Source: a virus
Taxonomy: Duplodnaviria > Caudoviricetes
IMG/VR virus record: IMGVR_UViG_3300020045_012662
Span: 1 to 30,925 of that record
Reading direction: 5' to 3' (one strand)
DNA: 30,925 nucleotides
The notes under the pieces were generated by a model, which was not told where the DNA came from, searched no databases, and saw nothing but the letters and a program-made list of their open reading frames with translations. The first letter of the stretch is position 1, and each line of letters starts with the position of its first letter. This document shows, one piece after another, positions 24,387-30,925 of the stretch. The translations under genes were made by a program, and so were the position numbers.

Positions 24387-24563
24387 TCATTCGATGATGT
24401 TATAAATAGCTTCCGGGTCGAGCACCTGGACAATAGGCGCCTCTCCGTTATTCCCGTAAAACCACAGAACATGCCACAGCCCGTTGAGGTGGTCAACAAC
24501 AAGGCCACGCTGACCGTAATCGTCACCAATTCTTTGGCCAACGGCTATTGTCGCGGGAATCAT
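24387..24563 (-). CDS. 58-aa hypothetical protein (not in the ORF track)
   Basis: GAAAAGGGG RBS; MIPATIAVGQRIGDDYGQRGLVVDHLNGLWHVLWFYGNNGEAPIVQVLDPEAIYNIIE. Confidence 0.6.
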   Translation of the reverse strand: MIPATIAVGQRIGDDYGQRGLVVDHLNGLWHVLWFYGNNGEAPIVQVLDPEAIYNIIE

Positions 24564-24599
24564 GGCAGAACCCCTTTTCGTTAATGAGTGTAGGTGTTA

Positions 24600-25478
24600 T
24601 TAGAAATAGGTCGTCACAACAACGATGCCATTACCCCCATCGCCGCCTGCACCTGAATCAAAACCATTAGCGGAAGCACCGCCGCCGCCGCCGCCAGCGC
24701 CCCACCGGTCAGTACTCGACCCGCCAGCACCAGCATTTGCGGCAGCGGCGGATGCACCGCCACCTGCACCGGCCTGCCCACCGTAGGGTGTCGATTTATA
24801 AGGTGCGCGCACACCACTACCGCCAGGGGCCGCACCACCAGCTCCGCCACTAGATCCATAATTCGTGGACCCGCCGATACCACCGGCCGAGTGCGCGTTA
24901 GCTGCTGTCAGGCCGCCACCGGCAGCACCGCCACAGCCGCCTAGATGCGAGTTAGTGCCGATTGACCCGTTAGTGCCAGCGCCACCAGCGGCACTAGCGT
25001 TCCCGCCGCCGCCGCCGTTGTGGGTGGCACCGCCGCCGAATACTCCGCCGGTACCAGACGATGCAGTACCACCGGAACCACCTAGCGTGGTGCCACCGGA
25101 TGTACCTACCTTGACCTGACCGGCTATCGGGTTAGACCAGCCGAATTGAGACGCTGTTCCCAGGCCGCTTCCGGGATTTCCATCCGTGTCATCCGTGGTC
25201 ACTGCGGCACCACCTACGCCACCAGCACCGACGATGACCGGGATGCTATCCGGGATGGCATCCGCAGGGAATTCCAGCAACCCTGCACCGCCACCTGCAC
25301 CACCGCCGCCGCCGCACCGGATAGTCCCAGCCGCACCACGGCGGCCTGAACCACCGCCGCCGCCGCCTTGCAGCACGTAGGCGGATACCCACTTAGCGCC
25401 AGGGCGCTTGACCCACGTGTAATTTCCTGGCGTGTCGTAGACGTCGACGATGCACCTGGCTCCCATGACGAGCTGCAT
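24600..25478 (-). CDS. Glycine-rich fibre-like virion protein
   Basis: TPGNYTW...GGGGGGSG...GGDGGNGIVVV polyglycine domain. Confidence 0.75.
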   Translation of the reverse strand: MQLVMGARCIVDVYDTPGNYTWVKRPGAKWVSAYVLQGGGGGGSGRRGAAGTIRCGGGGGAGGGAGLLEFPADAIPDSIPVIVGAGGVGGAAVTTDDTDGNPGSGLGTASQFGWSNPIAGQVKVGTSGGTTLGGSGGTASSGTGGVFGGGATHNGGGGGNASAAGGAGTNGSIGTNSHLGGCGGAAGGGLTAANAHSAGGIGGSTNYGSSGGAGGAAPGGSGVRAPYKSTPYGGQAGAGGGASAAAANAGAGGSSTDRWGAGGGGGGASANGFDSGAGGDGGNGIVVVTTYF

Positions 25479-25729
25479 CAGCCGATCACCTCAACACGGA
25501 CATCCTGGCCAGCAGCACCGCTGATCAGCCATAAGCCGTCGTCGAGCCCATTTGGTGCACTGTCGATCAGTAGGTGTCCGCCTGAGCCGATCTGTACACC
25601 GGTTGCTGTGGTCACACCAGACGCGACGCCTACATATATGGCGTCCGTGCCGAGATTTTGCACGATGATTGATCGTGCTGCAGCTGCAGCTACCTGGATC
25701 TCCGTCGTGCCGACGGTGACGGCAGCCAT
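25478..25729 (-). CDS. Small beta-rich virion protein (possible capsid decoration / spike base)
   Basis: VTVGTT...SIIVQNLGTDAIYVG...G..I..G pattern, 83 aa. Confidence 0.6.
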   Translation of the reverse strand: MAAVTVGTTEIQVAAAAARSIIVQNLGTDAIYVGVASGVTTATGVQIGSGGHLLIDSAPNGLDDGLWLISGAAGQDVRVEVIG

Positions 25730-25950
25730 CAGCGGCCGCCCTGCAAATAATGGATCTGAGCGTCGACCTGCTGCACACGGGCATCTAGGCCGCGTGTCAC
25801 GTAGCCGATGCGCTCGTTTTCCAGGGCCTGTAGTAGGCCCCGGTCCTGCTCACTGAGTGCCGCGCGACGCGCAGCAGCAGCCGCAGCACGCGCGGCAACA
25901 TCCGCGGCAACATCCGCGCTACTAGTGCTCTCATCTGCGCTTTTGCGCAT
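25729..25950 (-). CDS. Small helical protein following the major capsid gene
   Basis: GGAGGAG RBS before ATG 25950; ALENERIGY..RG...RV.QVDAQI. Confidence 0.65.
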   Translation of the reverse strand: MRKSADESTSSADVAADVAARAAAAAARRAALSEQDRGLLQALENERIGYVTRGLDARVQQVDAQIHYLQGGR

Positions 25951-25997
25951 GACGACTCCTCCCACACTCGGACACGGGACACCTGCAACCCGTGAGC

Positions 25998-26055
25998 GAG
26001 TGTGCAACATTTTCGCCAGCTCAATAGTTTCGGCCGGCGAAAACGTTGCACACTC
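25998..26055 (-). terminator. 23-bp stem directly after the major capsid gene (terminator/attenuator or mRNA stabiliser)
   Basis: GAGTGTGCAACATTTTCGCCAGC / GCCGGCGAAAACGTTGCACACTC; both mismatches are G-U on the - strand. Confidence 0.75.
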
Positions 26056-26066
26056 ACAACATCAGA

Positions 26067-27533
26067 TCAGGCGCCCGTCCATGTCGGAGTGACAAGGCCA
26101 GTCCCGACGATTTTGCGCGAATGGGTCTGACGCGCGTGGGTGTACGCGAAATAGCTGTACACAACCAACAAAACACCCAATGAGGCTGCAGCTGGCTGCT
26201 CCGCGCGAATAAACATTGGCGCGCTCGGGTCCTCCCACAAATGGAATTCACCACGGTCACCAACATAAATCTCGTCCTCATTAGTGCCAGTACCGAGATT
26301 CGTCGCCACATTATTGTCAACAATGACCGGGGTGCCGTCAGGCAAAAGACCACGGTAGCCACGCCCATACGCAACCGCGTAATTCATGGCACCCTGCTCG
26401 GCGCTAATACCAGGCTGGCCCACAAATGGTCGAGACGTACCGACCTGCGATTGCATCCAACGCCAGCGGCGTGAATTCATAATCGCGATCATTTCGCCAG
26501 TGGACTGGTCCAGCAGCGCGCCCTCAACACCCGCCATAGCCTCCTGGAAACGTGGGTAAAGTTCGGCAGCGGTCGGGCTCGCGTCGGTATAAGTAACCGA
26601 TGTCGCCACATTTGTGAGACCAGTTGATGCCTGATTAATCAAAGTCGAGTCGAGATTCGCGCCGACCCGGCGGAACAAATCATCGAGGGCAATCGGCTCC
26701 ACACCAGTGGACCGCTCCAGCGCCTGCCGGGAAACAGTCTGCTGACCAGCCGCAGTCTGCACCGCGATAGACAGCTGCGTGTCGTCCGCATTTGTTTCGG
26801 ACACGCTGGCGTTTTGGGACGATTGCAGTGCTGCACTAGTTGATGTAGTGATCCGGCTAATTTCTACCGTCATGCCCTGTTCAGGCAGCAGATGCGCACC
26901 AGGACCACCCGCGATCGCATCCGCAAAAGGACGACCCGCAGACGCAGCAGGGGCATACAAATCAGTGAGGTACTGCGGGACAGTCAAGCCTGCAAAAGCA
27001 GTCGTACCAACCGCGCGCTGCAGGTACTGGGACCGCTCCACACGCTCCTCAGCCTGGTGACGCATGAGCCGATCACGCGCCTCATAATCACCCATGTACG
27101 CGCTCAGAACATCGCGTTCGAATTGGGCTCCGGGTTTAGCGCCCGCACGGAAAATAGCCCGGCCATCACGCTCATTAAGGTAACCGCGCTCACGCTGCGC
27201 TGCGTATGTGCGCGCCTCAGAAACAACACGCCCAACATTGTCATAAGTAGGGCGCGCTGCTGCAGCAGATGACCTACGGCTCAGCTCATCAATTTCAGCG
27301 TCACGCTGGATCTCAGCCTCAATCGAGGCAATCTCAGCATTAATGTTATTAATGTCAACATCGATAACAGTTCGCTCGGCAATGACAGCATCAACATCAA
27401 GTCGATTAACGGTGCTGTCATTATCCTGCAGCTTGGCGCGCATTTCATGGATACGCGCAGTGCTAGCCGCGCGCCTATCCAGTGCAGCAGCCAGCCGCGC
27501 ACGGGCAGCAGTAAGCATTTCCTGCAAATTCAT
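26067..27533 (-). CDS. Major capsid protein (HK97 fold, N-terminal coiled-coil scaffold domain)
   Basis: 488 aa, coiled-coil N-terminus, AGQQTVSRQALER; follows the protease gene. Confidence 0.9.
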   Translation of the reverse strand: MNLQEMLTAARARLAAALDRRAASTARIHEMRAKLQDNDSTVNRLDVDAVIAERTVIDVDINNINAEIASIEAEIQRDAEIDELSRRSSAAAARPTYDNVGRVVSEARTYAAQRERGYLNERDGRAIFRAGAKPGAQFERDVLSAYMGDYEARDRLMRHQAEERVERSQYLQRAVGTTAFAGLTVPQYLTDLYAPAASAGRPFADAIAGGPGAHLLPEQGMTVEISRITTSTSAALQSSQNASVSETNADDTQLSIAVQTAAGQQTVSRQALERSTGVEPIALDDLFRRVGANLDSTLINQASTGLTNVATSVTYTDASPTAAELYPRFQEAMAGVEGALLDQSTGEMIAIMNSRRWRWMQSQVGTSRPFVGQPGISAEQGAMNYAVAYGRGYRGLLPDGTPVIVDNNVATNLGTGTNEDEIYVGDRGEFHLWEDPSAPMFIRAEQPAAASLGVLLVVYSYFAYTHARQTHSRKIVGTGLVTPTWTGA

Positions 27534-27643
27534 GGCACAACCTATTCTCTGGGCGGAATTGTCCGTGGCTATCCCCAGAGGCAGGCAGGCCGTAGCGTGC
27601 GTGCGTCAGCATTTAGCCGATTAATTGCAGAGTAGCACCGTCG

Positions 27644-28324
27644 TCAGTAGACCGACAGCGCCAGCAATGACGCCAGCGCGTCACGATCATCGGCCCGATC
27701 AATGCCAGCCGGTCCACGCAATTCTGATGTTGCGTCGGGATTCGCACCAAAATTAACGGCACTAACATCGCCACGGTGCAGGTCAATAACATCAATACGA
27801 TAAACAGACCAGTCAGGCGACCATTGACCCGACGTGATCCTGAATTTAAATGATGCTTCCTGGACATCTTTTCGCTTTAATGCCGAGATAAGATCGCTAA
27901 CATCATTTCGTGATGGGTCAACAAACGCATCGTAATTGAGCCCATTATCGTCCTCAATTAAATCGAGGGTGCCATTCCGGGTATGAGCCATTGGCAATTT
28001 ACCGCCAGCACCATGATTGACGATAAACTCGGTCAGTGGGTCAGCCAGCAGCGTGCTACGGAATGCCCCCCGGGTAATGACTTCCTCATAGTCTCCATAC
28101 AAATCGTGCATCAAATACGAGTGCTCGGTGAGGCTCGCATATCCGCCGATGCGGACGGTCAGCAGGCCCCCGCGATCCACTTCCTCCACATCGGACCTAA
28201 TCTGCCCCGCTGCAGCATTAGCAATGCCATGCACTGACGCACGGGCAGTCGGGCGCGCCGCCAGACCAGTGCTACCCGCACTGCGTTCCCGCGCGTCAGC
28301 AGCCAGCTGCATTGATCGGTTCAT
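27644..28324 (-). CDS. HK97-family prohead protease
   Basis: GYAS...E.I..GAF...NH...GTL.L.ED..GL...SFKF...DVSAVNFGANP. Confidence 0.9.
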   Translation of the reverse strand: MNRSMQLAADARERSAGSTGLAARPTARASVHGIANAAAGQIRSDVEEVDRGGLLTVRIGGYASLTEHSYLMHDLYGDYEEVITRGAFRSTLLADPLTEFIVNHGAGGKLPMAHTRNGTLDLIEDDNGLNYDAFVDPSRNDVSDLISALKRKDVQEASFKFRITSGQWSPDWSVYRIDVIDLHRGDVSAVNFGANPDATSELRGPAGIDRADDRDALASLLALSVY

Positions 28325-29508
28325 TTCACTGCCTCCGGTGCAGTAGGCCTGACGATGATTCCCAACTCGGCTAATTCGGTTAGTTGTTCGGGTGTGAATG
28401 GTGCTCGGTTATCAATTTCTCGCGCCTCAGATGGTGTCATCAGCTTTCCAGCAACCTGTTTTGCGAGCAATTCAACGCGGGCCTGCGGGTCAAGCCGCAG
28501 AATTGAATCCGTATTAAATTTAACGTAACGGCTTTTCGGCAAACCGTAATACGAAATGTATTCCTCACGTCGTTTAATGGCTGGCTGCAAATGGAGCGTC
28601 AAGAACTGCAGGTTCTTTTGTGTCACATTCGCGTACGTGATATTGCTACCGCCAGTACCCGCATCCACCATATCTGCAGGGACACCAAGGAAACGACAAA
28701 TATCTGCCGCACCATATTTCATTTCGTCAATGAAAACAGCGCCAGCTGATTTCTGTGATTCAGCCGTATATTCCCATTCTGATCCCGTCACGAACAATTC
28801 GCCGCGCGACATTGCTGCCTTGAACGCCTCGCGGGCGTCCGCAATTTTATCCCGTGACAGGCGAGGCATGACCGTATTTTTAAGCGTCCCTTTAGGATGA
28901 GGGCCCATTGCAAACCAGTCAATCGCGAACTGCTGGGCCGACAAATAACCGCCAATAGACCAGGCACCATACGCAATAGCAGACAAGCCCCACGGAATAC
29001 CCGGAACAGTAAACCCTTTTTCATGCCAGATGTCGCGTGGTTTATATTCCGTACCGCGCACACGGTAACTCGTAATACGAGGACCATCACCCACAATATA
29101 GACACTGGATAGGTCCTGCAGCTCCACGACGGACGGCAAACCAGCACCGTCACGCTCCACAATCACACCAACAGTATTACCCGCACGGTCAATGTCTACC
29201 TGCGAAGAGAATAACCATTCATTCAGCATGCACCCGGGGCCACCCGGCAAATCAAACAACGCCGGTTTGCCCGTCTCAATTTGCACACCATTGACCCGAC
29301 GGAACACATCCACCGGCATCGTCGCCAATTGGGACGCCCGCAAACTCAACGCAGCCCACACCGTCGATTGACGCAGAGCGGAATCTTTATCGACGCTCAC
29401 CGCACCGACGGAATACCCGCCACGGCGCGGGATCGCACCATCACTGAATGCCTCACCCCGGACCATTGCCGGGGCACGAGCTGCTCGCGCTGCTCGGACA
29501 ATGCTCAC
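28321..29508 (-). CDS. Portal protein (HK97 family)
   Basis: ALRQSTVWA...ICRFLGVP...ITYANV...MTPSEAREID; GAGGAGG RBS and GTG at 29508. Confidence 0.92.
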   Translation of the reverse strand: MSIVRAARAARAPAMVRGEAFSDGAIPRRGGYSVGAVSVDKDSALRQSTVWAALSLRASQLATMPVDVFRRVNGVQIETGKPALFDLPGGPGCMLNEWLFSSQVDIDRAGNTVGVIVERDGAGLPSVVELQDLSSVYIVGDGPRITSYRVRGTEYKPRDIWHEKGFTVPGIPWGLSAIAYGAWSIGGYLSAQQFAIDWFAMGPHPKGTLKNTVMPRLSRDKIADAREAFKAAMSRGELFVTGSEWEYTAESQKSAGAVFIDEMKYGAADICRFLGVPADMVDAGTGGSNITYANVTQKNLQFLTLHLQPAIKRREEYISYYGLPKSRYVKFNTDSILRLDPQARVELLAKQVAGKLMTPSEAREIDNRAPFTPEQLTELAELGIIVRPTAPEAVK

Positions 29509-29696
29509 CTGCGCCTCCTCAGTGGTGCACCCTGTAGCAGCCACGATGCCACAGCGCACGCCAGACTGCAGGCGGCAAAACCAGCAGCCAAACCGCCCAA
29601 ACCATCCATCACAATAAACAGGCCAATAAGCCCGAGAACGAGCGCCACTAATTCCAGCACCCCGGTAACAACATCAACCAAACTCATTACCATCAT
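29505..29696 (-). CDS. Small two-TM membrane protein between terminase and portal
   Basis: 63 hydrophobic aa; overlaps both neighbours. Confidence 0.65.
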   Translation of the reverse strand: MMVMSLVDVVTGVLELVALVLGLIGLFIVMDGLGGLAAGFAACSLACAVASWLLQGAPLRRRR

Positions 29697-30924
29697 CCTC
29701 AGAAATAGGCTGCTGTTCTAATTCCCAACGCGCCAAAGTAGCCGCAACAAGCGGGGTAATGTCATTCTTTTCTTCTTTTGCAGACCATTTGGAAACGCCA
29801 ACCTTACCAACATTTACGGTTGTCGCTCCATTTACTGCCTGCCACAACGATTTATCATCTAAATGACGCAAACGACCCAACGCCAACTCGCGAATAAACA
29901 ACCCTGTCGCAGCACAATAATCAGGCAACGTCGTCTCAATAACCGGAATATGCGCCTTCTTAAACATTGGAATCAACGAGCGCGCAGTAGCCGTCCCGCC
30001 CAAAATACGAACACCAATACCCAAATCCCAAACTTTAGGCTGCAAATACTCCACAACCCAGTCATAACCAGCATCAGCGCGAATAACCTCAACATGCGGC
30101 AAACCATCCGCACGAAAACCAGCAGCAGCAATAACCGTATTCGACAGGCCACGAGAAATATCCAACGCAAAACCAACCGGGCGCGCCAGTGGCACACTCT
30201 CCCTATCCAGGGTCGCTTTCCACAACGGCAACAGCGTCTCCGCCTCTACCGGGTCATCCCACCAGCCCAAACGCTCACGCGCATACTCATGCCAATCAAG
30301 CGTCTGCCGCTCAGACCGCAAGTATTTCAAAGAAATACGCCCGTATTTAGCCGCAATATTAGAATCCATCCAATACTGCTCATTATCTAATACGCACCCA
30401 ATTGCGTCACCAAAAATATGTGAGCAATCATCCGCAGCACAACCAGGCCGAACAAACGAGCCAGGACCACAAAACTCAACATACGCAGCAGCACGATTTT
30501 TACCAGTCCGCCCACCATCACGAAAACCACGCAAAACACCAGACTGCGCCAAACCAGCCGACGAACCAATATACATCCGCGCATTATCACGCGTCGACAT
30601 AATCGGCATCAAAGAACCCATATGAGCCGGTGTTAAAGCGAAACCCTCATCAAGAAAAACAACATCACCAGCCAAACCACGACCACCACCAGCCGACCGT
30701 GCCTTAAACTTAAGGCGGCGTTTATCCTGGAAAGTAATCGCTTCTTTACCATGAGCGTATTCAATCTTAGTTACCTGATCAGCTAACCAAGAATGATCCT
30801 CAATGAGGTTACATAAATCGTTAAATGTTTCTTTTGCTGTATCGAAAACATGCGCCGACCAAATACCCAACTGCGGGCCACGCGGCCGCAGCATCTCACA
30901 CAACGCCACACACTCATACAGCCA
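29674..30924 (-). CDS. terL: Terminase large subunit (5' part lies beyond the window)
   Basis: ARS...GRG, Walker B VVFLDEG, nuclease FALDIS and DITPLVAATLA; frame open to the window edge. Confidence 0.92.
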   Translation of the reverse strand, partial: WLYECVALCEMLRPRGPQLGIWSAHVFDTAKETFNDLCNLIEDHSWLADQVTKIEYAHGKEAITFQDKRRLKFKARSAGGGRGLAGDVVFLDEGFALTPAHMGSLMPIMSTRDNARMYIGSSAGLAQSGVLRGFRDGGRTGKNRAAAYVEFCGPGSFVRPGCAADDCSHIFGDAIGCVLDNEQYWMDSNIAAKYGRISLKYLRSERQTLDWHEYARERLGWWDDPVEAETLLPLWKATLDRESVPLARPVGFALDISRGLSNTVIAAAGFRADGLPHVEVIRADAGYDWVVEYLQPKVWDLGIGVRILGGTATARSLIPMFKKAHIPVIETTLPDYCAATGLFIRELALGRLRHLDDKSLWQAVNGATTVNVGKVGVSKWSAKEEKNDITPLVAATLARWELEQQPISEDDGNEFG

Positions 30925-30925
30925 G

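Noticed and set aside
24375-24584. + strand 69-aa ORF in the head module as an inserted moron
   Set aside because: A co-oriented - strand 58-aa ORF with a good RBS (24387-24563) explains the gap better.
27534-27643. Structured leader upstream of the major capsid gene as a riboswitch
   Set aside because: Only a modest CTCTGGG/CCCAGAG stem and no recognisable aptamer motif.

Overview
A 30.9-kb fragment of an actinobacterial siphovirus; the WhiB gene points to an Actinomycetota host. It has three blocks. (1) A leftward (- strand) virion and lysis operon, 12572-30925: partial large terminase, portal, HK97 protease, major capsid, a putative head spike/Gly-rich fibre pair, head-tail adaptor, tail tube, frameshifted tail chaperone, tape measure, two tail-tip genes, M15A endolysin, holin-like genes and a GH18 chitinase-like enzyme. 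(2) A rightward accessory operon, about 7854-12415, in the slot usually taken by an integrase/immunity cassette. No integrase is recognisable here; the block has a DUF2637/Spd-like membrane protein, small ORFs and membrane proteins. (3) A leftward early/replication operon, 82-7617: XRE HTH, LysM, RecE-like exonuclease, RecT-like annealase, Holliday junction resolvase, WhiB and an HTH replication initiator with internal DnaA boxes. The most striking unannotated signal is three anticodon-less mini-tRNA elements (acceptor stem + T-arm + ACT + hairpin + RBS), each between consecutive genes of the accessory operon. Other signals are a probable antisense RNA upstream of the rep gene and a 15-bp operator-like palindrome shared by two promoters and the origin. 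All protein calls come from motif recognition by eye, not database searches.
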